The position numbers and the translations under genes are program-made. Below, one piece after another: positions 1 through 8,632 of a DNA stretch of 64,000 bases (position 1 is its first letter; each line of letters opens with the position of its first letter). Location: contig CACWSG010000003.1 in assembly GCA_902763535.1 (NCBI GenBank), positions 88,779-152,778 on the forward strand, given 5' to 3'. Origin of the DNA: an uncultured Pseudomonadota bacterium. GTDB taxonomy: Bacteria > Pseudomonadota > Alphaproteobacteria > RF32 > CAG-239. The notes beneath the pieces were generated by a model. It did no database searches. It worked only from the letters and a program-made list of their open reading frames with translations, and was not told where the DNA came from.

Positions 1-67
1 AAGTCGTCCATGGATAACTTTCCGTCGTTATAAGGTAAAACCCTTGATTGCTCAAGGGTTTGGATTG

Positions 68-144
68 GCGATCTCGGGGCGATTCGAACGCCCGACCCAC
101 AGCTTAGAAGGCTGTTGCTCTATCCAGCTGAGCTACGAGACCAC
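68..144 (-). tRNA. tRNA-Arg (anticodon TCT)
   Basis: Reverse complement folds as a cloverleaf. Acceptor is GTGGTCT/AGATCGC, anticodon stem ACAGC/GCTGT with loop CTTCTAA, and T-arm GGGCG-TTCGAAT-CGCCC. A hairpin terminator follows (aaaccctt..aagggtttt). Confidence 0.85.
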
Positions 145-197
145 AGTGAACGGGTTAACTAAAAGCATAGTTTTTTATCAAAGTCAAGTAACAATTA

Positions 198-1598
198 TTA
201 TTTTTTTGATCTATTTGCCGTGACAACGAATGTAACCATACAAGCGATGGCAACGATACAGCCGACGAGTGATGACCAGTCGAGAGAAAGACGAAAACCT
301 ATTTTGTCATACATGATATAGGTTATACAAACCGCAGTCATAAATCCGGCAGGTAGCAAAGTTATCCAGTATAGGCGATGGTTGCGGCGCAAATAAAAAC
401 TTGCGGTCCACAAAACTATTGCGGCCAAAGTTTGATTAGCCCAACCGAAATAGGTCCAAATAACCGTCAGGTCAAAAAAGCTCAAGGCAATGCCGCCGGA
501 TAGAACGCAGGCACTGATTAACAAGCGGTGTCCCAGCGATGTTTTGTCCTTCAGCAAATAGTCACTGATGGTCAAACGGGCAGAACGAAAGGCCGTATCG
601 CCGGAGGTTATTGATAAGATGATAACTGACATTATGGCAAGGGTGCCGCCGATATATCCAAGATAATTTTTTGATATTTCGGAAACTACTCCACCGGGAC
701 CATCAGATTGTATGGCGGATAATAAATCGGGACTGCCATGGTAAAAAGCAATACCCAAAGTGGCCCACACCAAGGCAACAATTCCCTCGGTAATCATAGC
801 GCCATAGAATATGGCACGACCTTTGCTTTCATTTTTGAGACAACGCGCCATCAGAGGAGATTGGGTGGCGTGGAATCCGCTTAAGGCTCCGCAAGCAATA
901 GTTACAAACATCAATGGAAATATGGGGAGTTTTTGCGGGTGTTGATTACTGAAATTTAATTCGGGATAAAATTCGGTTCCGTTAGTGAATAAAACTCCTA
1001 ATAAAGCAAAAGTTACGCCAATCAAAAGTAAAGCAAAAAGCGGATAAAAACGTCCGATTATTTTATCAATCGGTAACAGAGTGGCTAAAAAATAATATCC
1101 GAAAATAATTGCCAACCACCAATGAAATTCATAGCCGGAAAGTGAAGCAAGCATATGAGCCGGAGACATGGCAAAAACTGCTCCTAATAACAAGAGAAAA
1201 CCGGTCATAAAGCTGAGGAAAATCCATTTGGTATTTCTACCCATATATTTTTCAACCAAATAAACCGGAGAACAGCCTTTTTCTCGGACAGACATCATAC
1301 CGGCCATATAATCATGAACTCCACCGGCAAAAATCGAGCCGAATACAATCCACAGTAATGCTACCGGTCCATACAAAGCACCAAGAATTGCGCCAAACAC
1401 CGGCCCTAATCCGGCGATGTTAAGAAATTGGATAAGAAAAACTTTCCAATAGGAGAGCGGCATAAAGTCAACATTATCACACAAAGCGACAGCGGGAGTT
1501 TTGCGATTAGGGTCAGCTCCAAATACTTTAGTTACAAAAGTTCCGTATAAAACATATCCAATGAGTAAAAGTGCAACCGAAGCTAAAAATAACAGCAT
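198..1598 (-). CDS. cstA: Carbon starvation protein CstA family transporter
   Basis: 466-aa polytopic membrane protein. The N-terminus (GTFVTKVFGADPNRKTPA...FGHHFAAIAG-like LNIAGLGPVFG) is typical of CstA. Confidence 0.8.
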   Translation of the reverse strand: MLLFLASVALLLIGYVLYGTFVTKVFGADPNRKTPAVALCDNVDFMPLSYWKVFLIQFLNIAGLGPVFGAILGALYGPVALLWIVFGSIFAGGVHDYMAGMMSVREKGCSPVYLVEKYMGRNTKWIFLSFMTGFLLLLGAVFAMSPAHMLASLSGYEFHWWLAIIFGYYFLATLLPIDKIIGRFYPLFALLLIGVTFALLGVLFTNGTEFYPELNFSNQHPQKLPIFPLMFVTIACGALSGFHATQSPLMARCLKNESKGRAIFYGAMITEGIVALVWATLGIAFYHGSPDLLSAIQSDGPGGVVSEISKNYLGYIGGTLAIMSVIILSITSGDTAFRSARLTISDYLLKDKTSLGHRLLISACVLSGGIALSFFDLTVIWTYFGWANQTLAAIVLWTASFYLRRNHRLYWITLLPAGFMTAVCITYIMYDKIGFRLSLDWSSLVGCIVAIACMVTFVVTANRSKK

Positions 1599-1755
1599 AT
1601 TATTATTTCCTTATCTTGACATCATATCCGTAAGTTTGTATTTTTAATTGTAAAAACGCATTATTTTTTTTGCAGTTTTGCACTTTAATTTTAACTCAAA
1701 ATTAAAATATGAAATATATACTTAGGTAAAGTTTGGATATTTTATTTATTTTAAG

Positions 1756-2538
1756 GTGTTTGATATGGAAAAATCTACTTGGATCGGTTTTATTGGCGGT
1801 ATTGCCGCTGTTGGTGTCGGTATGTATTTGAAAGGTGCAGATCCGCACGCATTGATTAACCCTGCAGCTTTTTTGATTATTTTGGCCGGTACGGCAGCAG
1901 CTATTTTTAATGCTTTTCCGATGAAAGAGTTAAAGCACTTTCCTAAGTTATTGAAGTTAATTTTTTTCGGGCGAAAATTTACCCCTAAACAAGAGATATT
2001 GGAGCTGTTTGTGTCAGTTGCAAAATCAGCTAAGCAAGAAGGTGTTATGGCAATTGAAAAACGAGCCAATGAGGTTGCCGATCCTTTTATTCGTTCGACA
2101 TTAACAATGGTGGCTGATGGATTTAATGCTGATTTTATTTATGGTGTGGTTGATTCCGAGATAAAGCAAATGGAAGAAAGACATCGCAGCGGAGCATTGA
2201 TTTTTGCACAATGCGGAATGTATGCGCCGACATTGGGCGTGTTGGGTGCGGTTATCGGACTTATTGCCGCTCTGGGCAATCTTAATGATATTGACCAATT
2301 AGGACACTCAATTGCGGCAGCGTTCGTCGCTACTTTGTTGGGTATTTTTACCGGTTATGTTTGCTGGCACCCCTTTGCCAATAAGTTGAAACAGCTTAAT
2401 GCTGAAGAGGTGGTTATGAAAAGAATGGTGTTGGAAGGAGCTTTGGCTTTACAAGAGGGCGCTTCGTCCATTGCCATAGAATCGCGCTTGCAAGCATATA
2501 TTCCGATGTCAGAACGTAAATCACAACGTGAAAACTAA
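1756..2538 (+). CDS. motA: Flagellar motor stator protein MotA/PomA family
   Basis: 260 aa with 4 TM segments. The C-terminal TM pair (YAPTLGVLGAVIGLI..AAFVATLLGIF) is typical of MotA/ExbB/TolQ channels. The next gene downstream is motB. Confidence 0.8.
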   Translation: MFDMEKSTWIGFIGGIAAVGVGMYLKGADPHALINPAAFLIILAGTAAAIFNAFPMKELKHFPKLLKLIFFGRKFTPKQEILELFVSVAKSAKQEGVMAIEKRANEVADPFIRSTLTMVADGFNADFIYGVVDSEIKQMEERHRSGALIFAQCGMYAPTLGVLGAVIGLIAALGNLNDIDQLGHSIAAAFVATLLGIFTGYVCWHPFANKLKQLNAEEVVMKRMVLEGALALQEGASSIAIESRLQAYIPMSERKSQREN

Positions 2539-2556
2539 GTTATAGAGTGTAGTAAG

Positions 2557-3222
2557 ATGGTAAAGAAAAAACCTGATCATCCGCCTCATGAAGAACATCC
2601 TGACGAAACTTGGCTTATTCCTTATTCGGATTTGCTGACTTTGTTGTTGGCTTTGTTTATTGTTTTGTTTGCCTCTTCCAGTTTGGATAAAAACAAGGCG
2701 GCGCAAATTCAATATGCTTTGGCGGCGGCATTCGGCGGATCACAGAATACGGATGAGAGCGGTAATGTTGTAACCAATTTCCTCAATGATGTTCAGGATC
2801 TTAATTTGGAGGATGACAATGTAATTGTTTCCGCTGATGCTAACGGGGCTACTTTGGAGATGACTTCAATAAATCTTTTTGATAAGGGAGCGGTTACCTT
2901 GAAACCCGAAGCAATACCGGTTATTAAAAAGATTTCGTTGTTGCTTAATTCGAGCAAATATAAAAAGTATCGTATTGTGGTTGAAGGGCATACCGATGAT
3001 ACCAATGAGTCAGATATATTGCCTTCCAACTGGGAATTGTCGGGAGCTCGTGCCGGAGCTGTGGTGCGTGCAATGATTGCCAATACTATGGATATTAATC
3101 GTTTTAAGGCGGTGGGTTTAGCCGAGATTTCGCCGGCTTATCCGAATATGAATCCCTATGGCGAGCCAATACCTGAAAATCGAATTAAGAATCGTCGAGT
3201 TATTGTGCGTATTGAATTTTAA
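2557..3222 (+). CDS. motB: Flagellar motor protein MotB (OmpA-like C-terminal domain)
   Basis: Single N-terminal TM carrying the conserved Asp (WLIPYSDLLTLLLALF). C-terminal OmpA/MotB peptidoglycan-binding motifs are present (VEGHTDD...NWELSGARA..NRRV). Confidence 0.8.
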   Translation: MVKKKPDHPPHEEHPDETWLIPYSDLLTLLLALFIVLFASSSLDKNKAAQIQYALAAAFGGSQNTDESGNVVTNFLNDVQDLNLEDDNVIVSADANGATLEMTSINLFDKGAVTLKPEAIPVIKKISLLLNSSKYKKYRIVVEGHTDDTNESDILPSNWELSGARAGAVVRAMIANTMDINRFKAVGLAEISPAYPNMNPYGEPIPENRIKNRRVIVRIEF

Positions 3223-3233
3223 TTTTTGGAGAT

Positions 3234-4397
3234 GTGAAGATGCAGTCGGAGTTTTGTCTGCATAATGCGAATGTGTTAACCGGATTTTCGGTTATGCCGA
3301 AGTGTGCTGTTCATATAAAACATGGTAAAATAATTGATGTCTATAATGAAGAGCGTTTCAAACAGAAAAAATTTGGCAAAAATATAAAAGTGGTAGATGT
3401 CAACGGAGCATATATTATGCCGGGGTTTATTGATACCCATATTCATGGAATGGGCGGCTATGGCACGGATGACGGAAAGCCGGAATCAATCTTGAAGATG
3501 TCAGAAGTTTTGGCGGAATATGGAGTTACATCATTTATTCCGACTTGTAATGCGGCAAAAGAAGAAAAATTATTGCAAAATATTGATGCAATTGTTTCGG
3601 CAATGGGCAAAGAAAAGGGGGCGCGCATTTTAGGTATGCACTTAGAGGGTCCCTTTTTGTCGCCGGAGAGAATGGGGGCACAGATGGCTGACGGCTTGTC
3701 AAAGGTCGATTTGCCATATATGAAACGATTGTATAAAGCGGCGAAAGGTCATCTGATTAATATGACGGTTGCTCCGGAATTGAAAGGAATGAGAGAGCTT
3801 GCTTTGTACTGTAATGACAAAGGAATAGTTTTGCAGGCCGGACATACCAATGCTACATATGATCAGATGATGGAAGGTATGCAGGCCAATATTATGCACG
3901 TTACGCACTTGTTTAATGCGATGCGTCCTTTGCATCATCGCGAACCGGGAGTAGTAGGGGCGGCATTGATTCATTCGGAATTGTCTTGTGAAATTATCGG
4001 GGACGGTGTGCATGTAAATCCCAATTTGGTGAATTTGTTGCTAAAGTGCAAACCATTGAGCCAAATTGTGATGATTACCGATGCGCTGTATCCGGCTAAA
4101 ACTGATTTGTCAATGACGCCTGATTTGTATTTGGATAAATGTTTTTATCGCAAAAGTGACAATGTGATGAATGGCTCGGCAATTTCAATGTTGGATGGAT
4201 TTCGTAATTTGGTGTCTTGGGGAATTCCGATTGAAAAAGCCGTCAGAATGACCTCAACTAATCCGGCACAAATTATGAAACAAAAAAATATCGGATTGTT
4301 GGTGCCGGGTAATGATGCGGATATAATTGTACTGGACAAAGATTTAGAATTGATTTATATCATTATCAAAGGTGAATTGAAAAAAGGAAACATCTGA
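3234..4397 (+). CDS. nagA: N-acetylglucosamine-6-phosphate deacetylase
   Basis: Amidohydrolase motifs are present: [30 protein letters not shown]. Adjacent to nagB. Confidence 0.9.
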   Translation: MKMQSEFCLHNANVLTGFSVMPKCAVHIKHGKIIDVYNEERFKQKKFGKNIKVVDVNGAYIMPGFIDTHIHGMGGYGTDDGKPESILKMSEVLAEYGVTSFIPTCNAAKEEKLLQNIDAIVSAMGKEKGARILGMHLEGPFLSPERMGAQMADGLSKVDLPYMKRLYKAAKGHLINMTVAPELKGMRELALYCNDKGIVLQAGHTNATYDQMMEGMQANIMHVTHLFNAMRPLHHREPGVVGAALIHSELSCEIIGDGVHVNPNLVNLLLKCKPLSQIVMITDALYPAKTDLSMTPDLYLDKCFYRKSDNVMNGSAISMLDGFRNLVSWGIPIEKAVRMTSTNPAQIMKQKNIGLLVPGNDADIIVLDKDLELIYIIIKGELKKGNI

Positions 4398-5182
4398 TGC
4401 GAGTTATCATAAAAGAAGATAAAAACGATTGCACAACTTGGGTTGCCCGATATATAGCTTATCGGATTAAGCGGGCAAGACCTACGGCGAAAAATCCCTT
4501 TGTGCTGGGATTGCCGACCGGTTCAACACCATTGGGTGTGTATCATGAATTGATTGATTTGTGCAAAAATAAAAAAGTTTCGTTTGAGCATGTGGTTACT
4601 TTTAACATGGATGAATATGTGGGATTAGAGCCGACCAATCCGCAGAGTTATCACTATTTTATGTACAATAACTTTTTTGATCATATCGATATTAATCCGA
4701 AGAATATTCATATTTTGAACGGATTGACCAAAGATTATGCCAAAGAATGCGAAAATTATGAACGAGCAATTCAAACTTATGGTGGTATTGATTTGTTTTT
4801 GGGTGGGGTTGGAACAGACGGTCATATAGCGTTTAACGAGCCTTTTTCATCATTGCAGTCGCGCACGCGTATCAAAACCTTGGCACCATCAACGATAAAA
4901 GATAATTCGCGCTTTTTTGGTAATAATGTTACCAATGTGCCAAAGCAGGCTTTGACAGTAGGGGTTGGCACAATTATGGATGCACAGGAAGTTATCATTA
5001 TGGCACTTGGTGAGAACAAAGCTCAGGCAGTTTATCAGGCTATTGAAGGGTCGATAAATCATCAGTGGACAGTCAGCGCCTTGCAAATGCATCCGCATGG
5101 TATCATTGTTTGTGACAGCAGCGCCGCGGCAAAATTGTCAAAAAATACGGTTGAGTATTTTAACAGTATTGAAAACAGATAA
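4397..5182 (+). CDS. nagB: Glucosamine-6-phosphate deaminase
   Basis: Motifs [15 protein letters not shown] and [13 protein letters not shown] are present. Its start overlaps the nagA stop (ATGA-type coupling). Confidence 0.9.
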   Translation: MRVIIKEDKNDCTTWVARYIAYRIKRARPTAKNPFVLGLPTGSTPLGVYHELIDLCKNKKVSFEHVVTFNMDEYVGLEPTNPQSYHYFMYNNFFDHIDINPKNIHILNGLTKDYAKECENYERAIQTYGGIDLFLGGVGTDGHIAFNEPFSSLQSRTRIKTLAPSTIKDNSRFFGNNVTNVPKQALTVGVGTIMDAQEVIIMALGENKAQAVYQAIEGSINHQWTVSALQMHPHGIIVCDSSAAAKLSKNTVEYFNSIENR

Positions 5183-5234
5183 AATTTTTGCTTGACTAAC
5201 GATGAATTTTGGCTTATCTAAACTGGTAGTTTAT

Positions 5235-5311
5235 GGGTCCTTAGCTCAGTTGGTTAGAGCAGGCCGCTCATAACGGTCTGGTCGTTGGTTCGAGTCCATC
5301 AGGACCCACCA
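5235..5311 (+). tRNA. tRNA with CAT anticodon, most likely tRNA-Ile2 (lysidine type)
   Basis: 77-nt cloverleaf: acceptor GGGTCCT/AGGACCC, anticodon loop CTCATAA, encoded CCA. The overall sequence resembles the E. coli ileX-type tRNA from memory. The Ile2 versus Met choice is an inference. Confidence 0.85.
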
Positions 5312-5401
5312 TAATAAAAACACCCCATTGTGGGTGTTTTTTTATGGTAAGATTATGACAGCTCGAACCAACGAGAAGTTGGTTTGACTACAAGCGAAAG
5401 G
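5306..5401 (+). repeat. Left copy of island-bounding direct repeat (att-like)
   Basis: ccaccataataaaaacacccc..gactacaagcgaaagg. It matches 30478-30574 with a few mismatches or indels. Confidence 0.8.
5316..5345. terminator. Bidirectional hairpin terminator after tRNA-Ile2
   Basis: aaaaacaccc-cattgt-gggtgttttt. The stem extends through flanking A and T tracts. Confidence 0.7.
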
Positions 5402-5467
5402 TGCACGGGAGTGCACCGGCGAGGCGAATGCCGAACGAGCGCAGTGAACGGAGCTGTAAGCGAAGTA

Positions 5468-5494
5468 GTCCATCAGGACCCACCATAATAAAAA
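5468..5494 (+). repeat. Perfect 27-nt duplicate of the tRNA-Ile2 3' end plus 9 nt downstream
   Basis: gtccatcaggacccaccataataaaaa is identical to 5294-5320. Confidence 0.9.
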
Positions 5495-5944
5495 GAGGAA
5501 AGATATACTTCCTCTTTTTTCTTTTTTTAAAGACCGGGTTAAAGCCCAATGTTTGCGAGTGTTTGCAAAAGTTTCTTTTGAGCTGACCAAGATGTCACTT
5601 TTGATGGTTTTTGAAAAGATACCGCTCACTGCACCAAAATAGATACTTTTGGACCAAAGCTAACTCAGACCATTTTGCCTTGATTTTACAGGCCTCTGAC
5701 CCACCCAAGTTCGTATCCCATATCCTCGCCACTCTTGAACAAATCAGAAAAGAGATACCGCCGCTATTACAACCCTAATGGTGTTTTTGTGGTTACATAC
5801 TTAATAAACACAAAAGCAAGAAATTATCCGAGAGATTAACAAAGTTGACACTGCTAGCTGTTTTGATGATTACTATATTCAACCATTTGATAATGGTAAT
5901 AAAAGGATATCTCGTTTGATTTTTCGAAATTCAGAAATTCTGGT

Positions 5945-6481
5945 TTATTTGCCATTTTTCAATCTTTCATTTATATCTTTTAATTTCTTATAAGCCTCAA
6001 TTATTTGTAAAGTATCTAACAATGCTCCATTATACGGCGATTTTTTAATTTTAATATTCAGTCGTTTACGTAAATGAAACAAACTGTTTCTTTGTCCGGG
6101 GAAAGCTTTTTTAGCCATTTCTAAAGTATCGGTTATTTTGTTCGGAAGTTCAAAACCGAGTTCGTAATTGATAAATTTTAAATCAAATTTGATATTCTGA
6201 CTTATTAATTCTTTCCCATCAATGAAGTGCAAAAAACGGTCTTTATAATCATCAAATGTCGGATAATTTTTTAGAAATTTTCTATTAAGGCCATGAACTG
6301 CCACGACTTCTTTCGGAATACTGCGACTTGGGTTTATGTATGCGTGAAAAACAGCGCCGGTTTGAATATCGTTTTCATCTATTTCTATTGCAGCAATTTC
6401 TACGAGTTTATGTCCTTCTTCCGGACTAAAACCGGTTGTTTCCGTTGTCATAACCACCTTTTTATCAGACAATGTTATCAT
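5945..6481 (-). CDS. DnaQ (Pol III epsilon)-like DEDDh exonuclease homologue with substituted catalytic residues
   Basis: 178 aa, alignable by eye to E. coli DnaQ (VHGL, FPGQRNSL, GALLD). It has T12-T-E14 where D-T-E is expected and N151 where the His of the H-x4-D motif is expected. Confidence 0.7.
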   Translation of the reverse strand: MITLSDKKVVMTTETTGFSPEEGHKLVEIAAIEIDENDIQTGAVFHAYINPSRSIPKEVVAVHGLNRKFLKNYPTFDDYKDRFLHFIDGKELISQNIKFDLKFINYELGFELPNKITDTLEMAKKAFPGQRNSLFHLRKRLNIKIKKSPYNGALLDTLQIIEAYKKLKDINERLKNGK

Positions 6482-6735
6482 TTTAGTTCGTCCTCATTGA
6501 TTTCTTTAATCTTTACGGCTTTTCTGTCATACAAGTCTATTTTTCCTTCTGTGTCAGATTTCATATAAACATAGTTTTCATCCACTTTTACTACAACTTT
6601 TCCATCTCCCCACCCTGGAAAGCGCAGAAATTTCCGATTATTTGAAACAATTACAATTGCTCCTTTCATTGTATGAGGAAAAGTTGTTATTCCAACAAAA
6701 CCTTGGTCATCAGGATCCATAATAAAATCTATCAT
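6478..6735 (-). CDS. Small hypothetical protein (85 aa)
   Basis: The ORF is translationally coupled by ATGA overlaps at both ends. It has a paralogue immediately upstream. Confidence 0.5.
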   Translation of the reverse strand: MIDFIMDPDDQGFVGITTFPHTMKGAIVIVSNNRKFLRFPGWGDGKVVVKVDENYVYMKSDTEGKIDLYDRKAVKIKEINEDELK

Positions 6736-6902
6736 GCTTCCAACTCCTCTATATCTATTTCCTTGACTTTGTTCCAGTTGTTATCAAGTAAATCAATTTT
6801 TCCTTCTGTTTCAGAAAGAACATAAATGTAATCTTCATCAACTTTTATAAGGTATTGTCCTTTTTCTTTGGGTTGATGTTTGAGCGAGCCGTCTTTTATA
6901 GC
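6732..6902 (-). CDS. Paralogue of the 85-aa protein (56 codons) lacking a canonical start and in frame behind a TAG
   Basis: Translation is AIKDGSLKHQPKEKGQYLIKVDEDYIYVLSETEGKIDLLDNNWNKVKEIDIEELEA. This aligns with VVVKVDENYVYMKSDTEGKIDLYD of the next gene. There is no ATG/GTG/TTG near its 5' end. Confidence 0.35.
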   Translation of the reverse strand, partial: AIKDGSLKHQPKEKGQYLIKVDEDYIYVLSETEGKIDLLDNNWNKVKEIDIEELEA

Positions 6903-7154
6903 CTATAAAATTGCTTTAGTTTTATTTGCATTGGAATCCCTATTAGAAAGTTTTGACAGTTGTTTAAGCAAGCTCTCGGCTCTCTCAAGCTGTTCGCAGA
7001 TATTGTTTAGGGCATCTGTATTCTGCTCGGTAATCTTTAAGGATTCCACGTTGCTTTTAATTTGCTGTATCATCGGCATAAAATCAGTGTAAAAAGACTT
7101 ACACATCATAGCTGTTGCTTCAATTTTTGCCTTGGATATTGCATCATTTGCCAT
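6903..7154 (-). CDS. Small helical or coiled-coil hypothetical protein (83 aa)
   Basis: ORF with heptad-like composition. It is the first gene after the terminator at 7234-7268. Confidence 0.45.
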   Translation of the reverse strand: MANDAISKAKIEATAMMCKSFYTDFMPMIQQIKSNVESLKITEQNTDALNNICEQLERAESLLKQLSKLSNRDSNANKTKAIL

Positions 7155-7233
7155 TTTTGTCTCCGTATCTTAATTGCTACAAAGACAATTAAACGCACAA
7201 ACGCGTCAATTCATGTCGTATATGCAAAAAAAT

Positions 7234-7268
7234 ACAAAAAAAACAGCCTTTCGTTAAGAGAGACTGTT
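7234..7268 (-). terminator. Intrinsic terminator after the 110-aa repeat-protein gene
   Basis: On the minus strand: aacagtctct..aaggctgtt followed by T8. Confidence 0.6.
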
Positions 7269-7293
7269 TTCTTTATGAATTAAAAATGTTTTC

Positions 7294-7626
7294 CTAAAAA
7301 ATCTTACGGATTAAAAAGTGCCAACAGGCTACCATTTCTGCAGGTCTATCTTCCATTCCGTGAATAATATAATCTCTTGCATTGCCTATTTCGCTGCCAT
7401 TACCCTGACACCAACCATCACGAATAGTACTACCATCCACATTTCCAATAGCATTACCATTGCCTATACACCAACCGTCACGAATTACACCATTATCAAC
7501 ATTACCTAAAGCGTTACCATTTCCGATACACCAGCCATCACGAATTACACCATTGTCAATATTTCCTATAGCATTACCATACTCTGAATCCTCGTGAATA
7601 ACGCCATCTTTATAGTAGTATTCCAT
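7294..7626 (-). CDS. Small protein with three tandem 20-aa repeats (GNAxGNxDNGVIRDGWCxGN)
   Basis: 110-aa ORF. Three consecutive 60-nt repeat units lie at 7399-7578, followed by a partial fourth unit. Confidence 0.6.
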   Translation of the reverse strand: MEYYYKDGVIHEDSEYGNAIGNIDNGVIRDGWCIGNGNALGNVDNGVIRDGWCIGNGNAIGNVDGSTIRDGWCQGNGSEIGNARDYIIHGMEDRPAEMVACWHFLIRKIF

Positions 7627-7701
7627 ATTGTTTTCCTTTCATTAAATGTTACCCAAAAACATCTAAACATTACAATGCGTCAAATTATGACGGATTTTGT
7701 A

Positions 7702-8502
7702 TTATTTTTTAATGTGTGACTTTAACCTAATTAACCCTTCTTCTAAAACTTGTTCCCCTGTCTTATTTTTTAATACCTTTAATTTTCTATTCCAAGAGAA
7801 AGGAGCTGATGGATGTGATGTATAAATAATCCTTTCATCGTCTTTATATTTTCCTATACAGTTCTCGTATTCTAAACCCGTATATGCTTTCATTGCTGAA
7901 ATAGAAGTAAAAATTACGATATTGGGGTTAATTGTATCAATAACATCATCAACTACTTGAATTGATGTTTCTACACATTTTCTGAATACTTCACGCGCTA
8001 GATTCCCTGCTAGTTTCTTGTCATATTTATGTATATATTTGGCTGACTTAACTAAAGAATTCCAGTATTTCTGACCATTGTACAAAGATGGCATCTGATA
8101 AAAGTTCATAAAAGCAAAGTTATTATAAAGTTGTTTATCTTCCAAAGTAAAATCAGCTATTTTTTCATTTAATATATTTTTGCTGAAGTTTTTGATAACA
8201 TTATTAAATATATTATGCGCCTTGCTTGTATAACCAGCTAAATAATCCTTTAGTACTCTTCGGGTATAAAACCATCCTTTCCAATCTCCAAATGCATCAT
8301 CATCGCAGGATTCATTCCACCAATTATCTATAAAATACTTGATGTCAAATTTTACATTTCCTTTATTTTGAGGTAGATAATGACTTTCTCCAATTTGTAA
8401 TATTTTGTAATCCTCATAATGACTACCAACAAAAGGTAAAAGTAGTGGGTGTCGTTTAAACCACTTAAGTTCTTTTAATTTTTTATCGTAATTATTACTC
8501 AT
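7702..8502 (-). CDS. Hypothetical protein, possibly with a uracil-DNA-glycosylase-superfamily fold
   Basis: 266 aa. There is weak motif resemblance to UDG family 4/5: IGESHY (GE-x-PG position), FMNFYQMP, TSHPSAP (HPS motif). Confidence 0.3.
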   Translation of the reverse strand: MSNNYDKKLKELKWFKRHPLLLPFVGSHYEDYKILQIGESHYLPQNKGNVKFDIKYFIDNWWNESCDDDAFGDWKGWFYTRRVLKDYLAGYTSKAHNIFNNVIKNFSKNILNEKIADFTLEDKQLYNNFAFMNFYQMPSLYNGQKYWNSLVKSAKYIHKYDKKLAGNLAREVFRKCVETSIQVVDDVIDTINPNIVIFTSISAMKAYTGLEYENCIGKYKDDERIIYTSHPSAPFSWNRKLKVLKNKTGEQVLEEGLIRLKSHIKK

Positions 8503-8632
8503 ACTTATTCCTTATCAATCTCATCTATTTAATTTTATATCATTCTATACACCATTTATTAAATTTTGCTATATATTCTTAATACGACAGAATATGGCGC
8601 ACAATGTTTGTAAATTTCAACAGAGGCACAAA

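Noticed and set aside
5386-5470. The 80-nt insert in the tRNA-linked module being a hammerhead or other known small self-cleaving ribozyme
   Set aside because: A GAAA-containing junction and GNRA hairpins are present. However, the hammerhead CUGANGA core and the expected U-H cleavage context are absent. I could not match twister, pistol or HDV cores from memory, so the element is left as an unclassified structured element.
5496-5944. A decayed integrase gene next to the tRNA
   Set aside because: All six frames are full of stops. I could not see any tyrosine-recombinase motifs (R..HxxR..Y) in the fragments, so there is no support for an integrase remnant.
7399-7578. 60-nt tandem repeats as a possible non-coding array
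   Set aside because: They are in frame within the 110-aa ORF and encode a conserved 20-aa unit. They are treated as a coding repeat.
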